A stretch of DNA of 34,514 bases from Candidatus Aenigmatarchaeota archaeon (GTDB taxonomy: Archaea; Aenigmatarchaeota; Aenigmatarchaeia; GW2011-AR5; JACRAC01). A program made the translations under genes and the position numbers. Shown here one piece after another: positions 17,606 through 26,028 of the stretch. Under the pieces are notes generated by a model. It did no database searches. It saw nothing but the letters and a program-made list of their open reading frames with translations, and was not told the DNA's origin. Location: NCBI GenBank assembly GCA_039091255.1, contig JAWCMQ010000001.1, positions 182,500 to 217,013 on the forward strand. Reading direction: 5' to 3'. Position 1 is the stretch's first letter. Every line of letters begins with the position of its first letter.

Positions 17606-18472
17606 ATGGACAAAATAACAGCGCAAACATTGCGTATTGCTAAGGTGAACCCCAAAGATTTTGATGAAGAGTTGTCTGGGTATCTCAGGGCTATAGAGAA
17701 TGCCTATCCGATTGGAATACCGCCATCGACCTTCGCGCATTATACAAGAAAGGTCATCGAAAGCGCCATGCGGTTTGTTCCCCTAGTTGATGTAAGGATG
17801 TTTCTCGGAAATTGCCTCGCATGCCTGCGAGAGTTGCGAAGCGCGCCGATGGGCGCTTTTTCGGAAGCCCTCGCCGATATCTGCTACGCCATATACGATG
17901 CGAAAGATGCGGCGCTTGAGCGCAAAATGGGGATATCGAAGCATTGCGAGAGGACTTCGCAGTATGCTGAGGCGCTTGCAGAATCGCTAGGGATGCCCTC
18001 TGACGATGTTACAAAGGTCCGCTTGTCCGCATACTTCCATGACGTGGGCAAGCTGGCGGTTCCTGACCACGTGCTGCTCAAGCCCCATCGGCTTGAGGGA
18101 CTCGAATGGTATTACATCATAGCGCATCCAGGGATGGGGAGAGACATATTCAGGTCGCTTACGCGCGTTTTGCCTGATGTTTCCGATGGCATATATTCAC
18201 ACCACGAAAATTGGAACGGAACAGGATATCCAACGAGAAGGCGCGGAGAAGAAATACCGCTTTATGGGCGCATACTGCGAATCGCCGATGCGTTCGATGC
18301 AATGACGTCCAGAAGGCCTTTCGAAAAGGCAAAAAGCCTCGACGAAGCGATGAATGAGATTATGGAAAATCCTTACGGCCAATTCGATCCGCAGATGGCC
18401 AGGAAAGTGGCCTGCTTCAAAAGCGCATACGCAAACATTGGTCAAAGCCGCAACTATGAGAATAAGAAATAA
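17606..18472 (+). CDS. HD-GYP domain phosphodiesterase-like protein
   Basis: HCERT, FHDVGKLAVPD.VLLKP, HP.MG, HHENWNGTGYP, IPLYGRILRIADAFDAMTSRRP. Start reset to MDKIT. Confidence 0.92.
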   Translation: MDKITAQTLRIAKVNPKDFDEELSGYLRAIENAYPIGIPPSTFAHYTRKVIESAMRFVPLVDVRMFLGNCLACLRELRSAPMGAFSEALADICYAIYDAKDAALERKMGISKHCERTSQYAEALAESLGMPSDDVTKVRLSAYFHDVGKLAVPDHVLLKPHRLEGLEWYYIIAHPGMGRDIFRSLTRVLPDVSDGIYSHHENWNGTGYPTRRRGEEIPLYGRILRIADAFDAMTSRRPFEKAKSLDEAMNEIMENPYGQFDPQMARKVACFKSAYANIGQSRNYENKK

Positions 18473-18511
18473 TGCCGATTTCTCACCGCCCTATAGGCAA
18501 CCGGCAAGCGC

Positions 18512-19015
18512 TCAATCCCGCCTTACGACAAGCGCCCGCGGCTTGCTCCGCACACCAACTACGTTTCTCCACGGTATCCGCTTGCTACCTTGCGCCACGC
18601 CGATGCTTAGGTAAGGGCCTGTCAGCACGTGATCGAATTTCAGCTCTTTCGATTCAGCATCCCATACCATCCCGATATCATCCACATGCCCAATGTGCCT
18701 GCCGGCGCTGTCCACAAGCTTTTCACTAAGAATATGCTGGCACACGAGCATCGCGTCGCCTGGGATGGGCTGGCAACCCAAAGCAAACCAGCGGGTAGTA
18801 AGGTATACGTCCCTGCCGAAGCTTTTCACAACATGCCAAGGTACGAACCGGTTATGGACTACTATGCCTGCTACTGCAGCATGCCCATCAGCAAAGCGCA
18901 CTACAACGTCACGCAGCCGTCCCGCCCTGAAGCCCGCAGAATCGATGACTTCTTTTCCCATTACATCTTTTGAAAAGGAGATTGCTCTGGTTGCTATGGA
19001 AGCCTGCAGCAGCAT
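18512..19015 (-). CDS. Tandem PRC-barrel domain protein
   Basis: Two repeats of G/SKxVxDSAG..xGxxxD followed by IPW/VPW. Confidence 0.85.
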   Translation of the reverse strand: MLLQASIATRAISFSKDVMGKEVIDSAGFRAGRLRDVVVRFADGHAAVAGIVVHNRFVPWHVVKSFGRDVYLTTRWFALGCQPIPGDAMLVCQHILSEKLVDSAGRHIGHVDDIGMVWDAESKELKFDHVLTGPYLSIGVAQGSKRIPWRNVVGVRSKPRALVVRRD

Positions 19016-19215
19016 AACTCACACCCTAAAATTTTCTCTGCGCTTAACAGCTCTCGTCCCATTAATATACTTTGTGGTAAGTGGCAGAATCCGTTCGAAC
19101 GCAAAGACTGTAGGTTATTTTGCAACCAAGCGAGCTGTTTGGCTTGAAAGCAAGCAAGTTTTAATTCTGACGAGCAATTCACTTAGGAGTCCGCACAGGA
19201 TTTGAGAGGAGCGAA

Positions 19216-20232
19216 CTATCCCCCCTCAGAAGACAGCCAAGTGATTTTGACCTCATCCGTCCGCCACTTCGCATTGAAGTCCGCTTCGCTCGGCTCGAGC
19301 AGCCTTTGCCCGCTTTTGGCAGCAAGCAGCCCTGCCCAAGCTATCATCGCGCCGTTGTCGCCTGCCACGTCGGACGGGCAGACGAAAAAGCGAGTGCCAC
19401 GCTCCTTGCACATCGTCCGCAGCATCTCCTGCAGCCGCCTGGAAGCCGCAACGCCGCCCGTGAGCAGGCACTCTGCCTTGCCGGTGTGCGCAAGGGCCCG
19501 CTCCGTCACTTCGGTGAGCATGGCATAGCACGTCTCCTGGAACGAAAAGCACAAATCAGCAAGCGCCGCACCCTTCTTCAGCTTCTGCAAAGCCGCAGTA
19601 ACAATGCCAGAAAACGAAAGATCCATGCCTTTCACAACATAAGGCAGCTCGATGTAAGCACCCTCTCCCTTATTTTTTCGTGCGTCGTCAGCAAGCCGTT
19701 CCATTACAGGCCCGCCAGGAAACCCGCCGCCCGCTTCGCGGATGAATGTGTCGATTGCGTTGCCAATTGCGATGTCAAGCGTCTCACCGAACACGCGGTA
19801 GCGGCCAGCGGCATAGCCGATTATCTGAGTGTTCCCTCCGGAAACGTACAAGGTAATAGGGTCGCTGGCGCCCGTTCTCAGCTTTCCAATCTCGATATGT
19901 GCTACACAATGATTCACAGGCAACAGCCGCTTTCCGTGCTTGCGAGCGAGTGCTTGCGCAAATTCCAGCGTCGCCCGCAAGCAGGGGGCAAGCCCTGGGC
20001 CTGAAGAATAGGCAACGAAATCTATGTCTTTCATGTCAGCCTTGGCATCCGCAAGCGCCCTTTCCAAAACCGCCTGAGCGCAACCATCGTGATGCTTTGC
20101 TGCCTCTGTTGGATGGATGCCACCGGCTGTCGGCTTGTAAATGTCCCGCGCATTTGCTATCACATTGCCGCGGTCGTCAACGATGCCGATGCCAAGTGTG
20201 TGCGCCGTTCCCTCGATTCCAAGCACAAGCAT
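19216..20232 (-). CDS. kae1: KEOPS t6A biosynthesis protein Kae1
   Basis: LGIEGTAHT, NHCVAHIEIG, YVSGGNTQ, GETLDIAIGN, DNGAMIA; not fused to Bud32. Confidence 0.97.
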   Translation of the reverse strand: MLVLGIEGTAHTLGIGIVDDRGNVIANARDIYKPTAGGIHPTEAAKHHDGCAQAVLERALADAKADMKDIDFVAYSSGPGLAPCLRATLEFAQALARKHGKRLLPVNHCVAHIEIGKLRTGASDPITLYVSGGNTQIIGYAAGRYRVFGETLDIAIGNAIDTFIREAGGGFPGGPVMERLADDARKNKGEGAYIELPYVVKGMDLSFSGIVTAALQKLKKGAALADLCFSFQETCYAMLTEVTERALAHTGKAECLLTGGVAASRRLQEMLRTMCKERGTRFFVCPSDVAGDNGAMIAWAGLLAAKSGQRLLEPSEADFNAKWRTDEVKITWLSSEGG

Positions 20233-20417
20233 GCCGGTCAGAATACGCCTATGCGCAACAAAGATTTAAGCAACAGCCAGAAGCATATCATCTTCTTGTG
20301 CGTTGCTCATCTCATAGTGACACTAACCCTTTGCCCAGCGCTTATAAACCCTTCGTTCCGAGTTTAAGAACAGCCGCTCATAAGCGCGGCAATTCGCAAA
20401 GATAAGAAGTGATTCAA

Positions 20418-20576
20418 ATGGCAGGGAAAGCATTCGGCGGCTATCAGATAAGCTTCGCAGGCCGCAAGGAAACGCTCGAAGAAGTTTTTGGCGACAAGCC
20501 CATTGCACCAAGCGAAATGACGAAGAAGCTATGGGCATTCGTCAAGGCTCATAAGCTGTCCACAAAGGCGGCATAA
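20418..20576 (+). CDS. Small SWIB/MDM2-like protein (52 aa), absent from ORF track
   Basis: MAGKAFGGYQISFAGRKETLEEVFGDKPIAPSEMTKKLWAFVKAHKLSTKAA*; L..vfG..P...sE.TKKLW.fvK.h.L pattern; AGTGA RBS-like site and upstream TATA-like boxes. Confidence 0.8.
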   Translation: MAGKAFGGYQISFAGRKETLEEVFGDKPIAPSEMTKKLWAFVKAHKLSTKAA

Positions 20577-20596
20577 GCCTTTAGCTGTTTTGTTTT

Positions 20597-20710
20597 ATTG
20601 TGCTCAAGAAAGCAATCGGGCATGATACTTCTTGGGCACAATTTGTGCAGCAAGTCTTCGTTACCGAAGAACTCATCTGCTGCACAATATTTCTCCCTTC
20701 CGAGCACAAT
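20597..20710. repeat. Tandem long hairpins / inverted-repeat element between convergent genes
   Basis: 14-bp stem 20597-20610/20629-20642; 10-bp stem 20643-20652/20678-20687; 9-bp terminal IR ATTGTGCTC/GAGCACAAT. Confidence 0.65.
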
Positions 20711-20769
20711 CACCAACTTATTTGACGCGCTATGGGCAAGAACGAAATCGAAAAGGCTCTTGCTAGCTT

Positions 20770-21069
20770 TTACTTCATTGGCTGCTGAACAATTCCATAG
20801 CCGCACTTGCCGCAGTATTTTCGGTTCTGGCACACTGCAAGGAACGCTCCTGGGCCGCAACGCGGGCAGCTTTCATTTTTGCGCACGAGCTTGCTTCCTT
20901 CAACCTTGTACAGCTTCCAAACCTGCACCTTGGTGTGCTTCTTCTTAGAGCGCGGGCGCTCCTTCTGCGACCGCTTCTCTTTCTTCTTTTCCTCCTTTGC
21001 GGCCGCCGCCTCAGCCCGCGCTTCCTGCGGTGCCATTGCTTCAACAGTTTTCTTTACTTCCTTTGCCAT
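20770..21069 (-). CDS. rps27ae: 30S ribosomal protein eS31 (S27ae) with N-terminal extension
   Basis: CPRCGPGAFLA...YCGKCGY; follows rps24e. Confidence 0.96.
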   Translation of the reverse strand: MAKEVKKTVEAMAPQEARAEAAAAKEEKKKEKRSQKERPRSKKKHTKVQVWKLYKVEGSKLVRKNESCPRCGPGAFLAVCQNRKYCGKCGYGIVQQPMK

Positions 21070-21107
21070 AGCTACCATCAGCCTCGCTCGGCTTTTTGGG
21101 CAACACA

Positions 21108-21437
21108 TCACTCCTTTTCAGGCTTTGCAGGCGCAGTCGCCGGTGCTGCTTGCGCAGCCGCCACTTCAGCTTTCTTTTCCTCTTTCGGCTGCTTCGACAA
21201 GTCTGGCACCTTCGGCTCGCTCCACACGTGCACTTTTACGCGCGATGCTTGCTTGCCGACGCGCGTGAATATCCCTTTAACATCGACCTGCTCCGGCTTG
21301 ATTCCCCATTCTCTAGCAAGTATCTGCTGAACAGCCGCACGCGAAGGTGTCGCCTCGGAGCCATGCTCCACAAGCGCGACAACTTCTTTGCGCTTCATGA
21401 ATGGGTTGTCTTTTTCGCTGAAAATCGAGACCTTCAT
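21108..21437 (-). CDS. rps24e: 30S ribosomal protein eS24
   Basis: KDNPFMKRKEV, H..EATPSR. Confidence 0.93.
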   Translation of the reverse strand: MKVSIFSEKDNPFMKRKEVVALVEHGSEATPSRAAVQQILAREWGIKPEQVDVKGIFTRVGKQASRVKVHVWSEPKVPDLSKQPKEEKKAEVAAAQAAPATAPAKPEKE

Positions 21438-21493
21438 GATAGGAGTCACCTATATTATAACCGCGTCCTTCAGCAATGCCCCAATCGCGCCTG

Positions 21494-21679
21494 TCATTTC
21501 ACCCTTAGCGCATACCGCCCCGGTGCCTTTATTCCGAGTTTCTGCGCCAACTCGGAACTTGGGTCGAATACAACAACTGTTCCTTGGAACGATGTTGTCG
21601 TCTCGCCGGATTTGCAGCTTGGGCAAATGTTGCCCTGCGTAATCACGAGCCGGCATATTTTACACGCATGCTTTGTCAT
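21494..21679 (-). CDS. spt4: Transcription elongation factor Spt4 (RpoE'')
   Basis: ACKIC..CPSC, DPSSELAQKLGI..PGRYAL. Confidence 0.95.
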   Translation of the reverse strand: MTKHACKICRLVITQGNICPSCKSGETTTSFQGTVVVFDPSSELAQKLGIKAPGRYALRVK

Positions 21680-21710
21680 GCCTGATTTTCACCGATTCAC
21701 AAAATTGCAA

Positions 21711-22277
21711 TCACTTCTTTGCCTCCTCTTTCTTCTTGGCCTTCTTTTCTCGCTCTATCCACTCGAGTGCGCCAAGATGAGGCTGGCGCATCGTCAGCGC
21801 AATTTTAGAGCGACCGCCCTTGCCAAGCGAAACCGAAGCAACACGGGCGCGAACAATGGCGCCCTGCTGTAGTTTGGCGCCGGATTTCTTGCCAACAAGC
21901 GTCGAAAGCTTTTCGTTGTATGCGACCTTGTCATCCATGACTTGGCTTATGTGCACAAGCGCATCCATAGGGCCTATGCGCGTGAATGCCCCAAAAGCCG
22001 TTATGTCGATGACCTCGCCCATCACTACCTCGTTCACCTCGGGCACAAACGTCAGAACCTTGAATTCAACTGTATAGTGAATGGCGCCATCTTCAGGCAA
22101 TATCTCGCCTTCTGACACGTTTATGATGTCGGTAACCACCAATAACACGCCTATCTCAGGTTCGAGCCGACCTTCGACCTGCTCCTGCAAACTTTGCTTG
22201 ACTGCTTCGTTTATCTCAAGCCCGAATTTTGAAGGCGGCACGCGCACCGTGTCGCGGACCGTCAAAATCTTGTACAT
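21711..22277 (-). CDS. rpoE1: RNA polymerase subunit Rpo7 (E')
   Basis: MYKILTVRDTVRVPP, FGAFTRIGPMDALVHISQV, LTMRQPHLG. Start reset to 22277. Confidence 0.97.
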   Translation of the reverse strand: MYKILTVRDTVRVPPSKFGLEINEAVKQSLQEQVEGRLEPEIGVLLVVTDIINVSEGEILPEDGAIHYTVEFKVLTFVPEVNEVVMGEVIDITAFGAFTRIGPMDALVHISQVMDDKVAYNEKLSTLVGKKSGAKLQQGAIVRARVASVSLGKGGRSKIALTMRQPHLGALEWIEREKKAKKKEEAKK

Positions 22278-22280
22278 AGC

Positions 22281-22482
22281 GATGCCTCGATTGTGCCACC
22301 AGCAACATGCCGAAAGCATCCGTTGCCAAAAGTCTAATGTTAAACGGAACAACAGAATTAAAAGCTTTCTGGGACGCCGAAGTGGCCGTTTTGGCAAGCT
22401 TGCTGCTCGCCTCCCGGCTCGTGTCCTTTGGAGTCACGCAGCCGATTGGAAGCATCGAGGAGACCGTCACGGACAAGGCATC
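22281..22482 (-). other. Multi-branched base-paired intergenic element (candidate ncRNA/leader)
   Basis: Nested stems CCTCGAT/ATCGAGG, CAGCAA/TTGCTG, TTGCCAAAA/TTTTGGCAA, CGGCT/AGCCG, CGTG/CACG. Confidence 0.45.
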
Positions 22483-24465
22483 CTACACAAACAACGGCGC
22501 AAACACGAGCGCGACTATCGACATCAGCTTAATAAGGATGTTCAGTGATGGTCCGGCCGTGTCTTTGAACGGGTCGCCGACCGTGTCGCCCACAACGGCT
22601 GCTCTGTGCGCTGCAGAACCCTTGCCGCCGAGCTGGCCGCCCTCTATGTATTTCTTGGCGTTGTCCCACGCCCCGCCTGCGTTCGCCATCATTACCGCTA
22701 CAAGAAAGCCTGTGGCAAGCGCACCGATGAGCAGTGCGCCTAGCGCGGCCGCACCCAGCGCAAACCCGATGAGTGGTGGCACGCATATTGCCATCAGTGC
22801 AGGCAATACCATCTGACGCTGTGCAGCAGCCGTCGAAATCGCCACGCACCGCGCATAGTCAGGCTTAGCAGTGCCTTTCATTATGCCTTTTATTTCCCTC
22901 CACTGCCTGCGCACCTCCTCGACCATCTCAAAAGCTGCCCGGCCGACAGCGCGCAGCGCCATCGAGCAGAAGAGGAACGGAAGCAGCGCGCCTATGAAAA
23001 GGCCGACAAGCACTGTAGGCTCGGCAAGGTTTATCGCACTAATCCCTACTACGCCGATGTAAGCGGCGATAAGCGCCAGAGCAGTAAGCGCAGCCGAGCC
23101 TATGGCAAACCCTTTCCCTGTCGCGGCCGTCGTGTTCCCGAGTGCGTCCAGTGCGTCGGTGCGCTTTCGGACTTCGGGCTTCAGGTGCGACATCTCCGCG
23201 ATTCCGCCGGCGTTGTCCGCAACCGGTCCATAGGCGTCGCTCGCCAGCGTTATGCCGAGCGTGCTCAGCATCCCCAGAGCCGCAAGTGCGATGCCATAAA
23301 GGCCGCCGAAAGAGTATGATAGAAGAATGGCCGCTGAAACTATAAGGACAGGTAACGCCGTCGACTTCATCCCTACCGCGATGCCAGTTATGATATTTGT
23401 TCCAGCGCCGGTTTGGGCTGATTCGGCTATCTGCCGCGTTGGCCTGTATTTGTCGGATGTGTAATATTCAGTCGTGAACCCTACAGCCACGCCGGAAACC
23501 AGGCCGGCAAGGACAGAATAATATAGGCCGATATCAGCACCCAGCCACGATACGGCCGCGTATGTAAGGATTATTACGAGCACTGTAGCTACGACGATGC
23601 CGCTCCTCAGCGCGCGCAGCAACACAGACTGGTTTGCATCGTCTCCGCGCGCACGCACGAAGAAGAACCCAATCATTGAAGCTATTATGCCGACAGCTGC
23701 CACAAGCGCAGGCAGCATCATGCCTATCGCTCCGAGCCCCGCCGCAAGCGCGATTGCGGCAATCATCGAACCGACGTAGCTTTCATAAAGGTCGGCGCCC
23801 ATTCCGGCGACATCGCCGACGTTATCGCCGACGTTATCGGCGATGACAGCAGGATTGCGCGGGTCGTCTTCTGGTATCCCTGCTTCGACCTTGCCTACAA
23901 GGTCGGCTCCGACGTCAGCCGCTTTGGTGAATATCCCGCCGCCGACGCGCGCGAAGAGCGCGATAGAGCTTGCGCCAAGGCCGAAGCCAGCTATGTTTGC
24001 GATGGCATCCGCTGGCTCGAGCACTAGCGAAAGCGCATTGTACACGCCAAGCAATCCGAGCAACCCGAGTCCGACGACAGTCAAACCCATGACAGAACCA
24101 CTCGAAAAAGCCACTCGCAAGCCGGCGTTCAGGTTCTCGCTTGCAGCCTGGGCAGTTCTGGTGTTCGCCCTGGTGGCGATGGACATGCCGATGAACCCAG
24201 CCAGCACAGAAAGTATGGCGCCTACGAAGAAAGCCGCAGCCGTGTACGGGCTTATCGCAACCGCAAGTATCGCACCGAGCACGACTATGAATACTGCTAT
24301 GACCTTGTACTGGCGCTTCAGGTAAGCAACCGCTCCTTCCCGTATTGCAGCAGAGATAGCCTGCATCTCCTCGGTGCCAGCTGGCTTGCGCAGCACGCGC
24401 ATCGCTGTCGCAGCCGCAAAAAGAAGCGCCAATGCGCCCGCGCCAAATGGGATAAACTCGATCAT
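22483..24465 (-). CDS. hppA: Membrane-bound pyrophosphatase, K+-dependent, probably Na+-translocating
   Basis: [62 protein letters not shown] (Ala) indicates K+ dependence; ADLYESY places Glu as in Na+-PPases. Confidence 0.96.
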   Translation of the reverse strand: MIEFIPFGAGALALLFAAATAMRVLRKPAGTEEMQAISAAIREGAVAYLKRQYKVIAVFIVVLGAILAVAISPYTAAAFFVGAILSVLAGFIGMSIATRANTRTAQAASENLNAGLRVAFSSGSVMGLTVVGLGLLGLLGVYNALSLVLEPADAIANIAGFGLGASSIALFARVGGGIFTKAADVGADLVGKVEAGIPEDDPRNPAVIADNVGDNVGDVAGMGADLYESYVGSMIAAIALAAGLGAIGMMLPALVAAVGIIASMIGFFFVRARGDDANQSVLLRALRSGIVVATVLVIILTYAAVSWLGADIGLYYSVLAGLVSGVAVGFTTEYYTSDKYRPTRQIAESAQTGAGTNIITGIAVGMKSTALPVLIVSAAILLSYSFGGLYGIALAALGMLSTLGITLASDAYGPVADNAGGIAEMSHLKPEVRKRTDALDALGNTTAATGKGFAIGSAALTALALIAAYIGVVGISAINLAEPTVLVGLFIGALLPFLFCSMALRAVGRAAFEMVEEVRRQWREIKGIMKGTAKPDYARCVAISTAAAQRQMVLPALMAICVPPLIGFALGAAALGALLIGALATGFLVAVMMANAGGAWDNAKKYIEGGQLGGKGSAAHRAAVVGDTVGDPFKDTAGPSLNILIKLMSIVALVFAPLFV

Positions 24466-24513
24466 ATTCCAATTTCAATCCAATAAAAGTTTATATACGT
24501 TATGCCTCTCCAC

Positions 24514-24882
24514 TCATGCTTCGACTACATATTTCTTCTGCCGCATGCGCAAAACCGCTATTCCCGCTTGCTTAGCCCGCGCGATGAGCTTTATGTCGTT
24601 CGTCGCTATCGCACAGCCGCGCTCCGTGGCTGTGCGGAGCAGCGCATCATCGACAGGCCCGGCAGCCTCGATTACTTCAGTGCTCTTTTTTCTGATGATC
24701 TCGAGCGCCACTCGAGCCTCTGCTGCCACCCGCCCCTTACCATGGCTTAATGTTTCAATCTCATGCACAACGCAACTCAAAGTTGCTGGCTTATAGCCCA
24801 GACGCTCCAGTTCTGCAAAGATGTCTACCTTGAATTTTGCAGGCACAAGCAGAAAGTTGGCATCGAGCAGTGCGCGCCTCAT
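24514..24882 (-). CDS. PIN-domain ribonuclease (Fcf1/Utp24-like)
   Basis: ALLDANFL, VVHEI, VDDALL, IATND; ATGA overlap with the upstream gene. Confidence 0.92.
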   Translation of the reverse strand: MRRALLDANFLLVPAKFKVDIFAELERLGYKPATLSCVVHEIETLSHGKGRVAAEARVALEIIRKKSTEVIEAAGPVDDALLRTATERGCAIATNDIKLIARAKQAGIAVLRMRQKKYVVEA

Positions 24883-25307
24883 GCCACACACACTCCCCTG
24901 CTGCACGTTGGCTTCTCCCTTGGGCAATCCGCGTTGCTGCAGCATTGAGATAACGCATCAGAAGCAGACCAGCACATGCCGTCGCAGCCAAGCGTGCCGA
25001 TGCGGCCCTGCGCGCTCTCGAACGTCCCTTCGGCAGAGCCGCTTGAGACGAGCCAGCACGCCCGGCCGCACTCAGCCGCGCAGACGGGATCAGCCAGCGC
25101 AGGCGAGCCCATCGCCCCTATCGCATTAGGCGCTGCAGCTTGCGGACTCGGGGCAGACGCGCCAGCAACAAGCGCAGTAATCGCACCTCTATTCGCATAG
25201 GCTCCGGCAACCACGACAATCGCGACTAGTCCAAGCAATAGATAAGCGTAAAGCGACCGCGGCGTTTCGCCATCAACAGGGGCCTCATTGCGCTTGGGCA
25301 TCATCAT
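24879..25307 (-). CDS. Membrane-anchored Cys-rich hypothetical protein
   Basis: N-terminal TM helix, Ala/Pro linker, C-terminal QCCSNADCP...CSRGVC; translationally coupled to the PIN gene. Confidence 0.7.
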   Translation of the reverse strand: MMMPKRNEAPVDGETPRSLYAYLLLGLVAIVVVAGAYANRGAITALVAGASAPSPQAAAPNAIGAMGSPALADPVCAAECGRACWLVSSGSAEGTFESAQGRIGTLGCDGMCWSASDALSQCCSNADCPREKPTCSRGVCVA

Positions 25308-25362
25308 TCTTTCTCGCCTATTGTTTTATATCTGTTTCAACAAGTAGTATCTTTGTGGCAGC

Positions 25363-25878
25363 ATGCGCATCCTCATGGTAATCGCCCTTCGCAATTTTCG
25401 CGATGAAGAGCTTCTCGTGCCAAAGCGGCTCTTCGAGAGCAAAGGCTGGACCGTGACGATAGCCAGCCGCGCAAAATCCGGAGAGCAAGCCGAAGGCATG
25501 CTTGGCGCCCGCGTAAAAATAGACCTTGACATAGCGCAAGCGCAGGCAAAAGACTACGATGCTGTAGTCTTCGTAGGCGGAACTGGCGCGGCGGCATATT
25601 TCAACGACCCAACTGCGCACATGCTCGCTTGGCAGGCTTACGACAGTGGAAAAGTCGTCGGTGCTATCTGTATCGCGCCATCAATCCTCGCGAATGCCAA
25701 TGTTTTGCAGGGCAAGCGCGCAACCGCCTGGCCCAGCGAGCGCGAGAATATCGCATCAAAATCAGCCGAATACACAGGCGCTGATGTCGAGGTTTCAGGC
25801 CGCGTTGTCACAGGCAAAGCCCCGTCATCAGCCAAAAAGTTCGCCGAAGCGATTGCAAAGCTGCTCGAACAGAAATAA
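25363..25878 (+). CDS. DJ-1/PfpI family protein
   Basis: FRDEEL, YDAVVFVGG.G, GAICIAP nucleophile elbow, VVTG..P. Confidence 0.95.
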   Translation: MRILMVIALRNFRDEELLVPKRLFESKGWTVTIASRAKSGEQAEGMLGARVKIDLDIAQAQAKDYDAVVFVGGTGAAAYFNDPTAHMLAWQAYDSGKVVGAICIAPSILANANVLQGKRATAWPSERENIASKSAEYTGADVEVSGRVVTGKAPSSAKKFAEAIAKLLEQK

Positions 25879-25897
25879 AACAGAAATAAAATAACTC

Positions 25898-25990
25898 GCG
25901 AAGCGAGCTATTTTGACAGGACGAGCGAAGCGAGCTATTTTGACAGGACGAGCGAAGCGAGCTATTTTGACAGGACGAGCGAAGCGAGCT
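25898..25990. repeat. 27-bp tandem direct repeat, about 3.4 copies
   Basis: GCGAAGCGAGCTATTTTGACAGGACGA at 25898, 25925 and 25952 plus a 12-nt partial at 25979; no spacers. Confidence 0.95.
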
Positions 25991-26028
25991 GTTGAAACTT
26001 TTATACCCCCGAAAGACTATTTCTCCAT

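Noticed and set aside
20653-20680. Hammerhead ribozyme (minus-strand CAGATGAG + hairpin)
   Set aside because: The core should be CUGANGA, and the GAAA after stem II is missing.
25898-25990. CRISPR array
   Set aside because: Units are contiguous and identical, with no unique spacers and no cas genes in the window.
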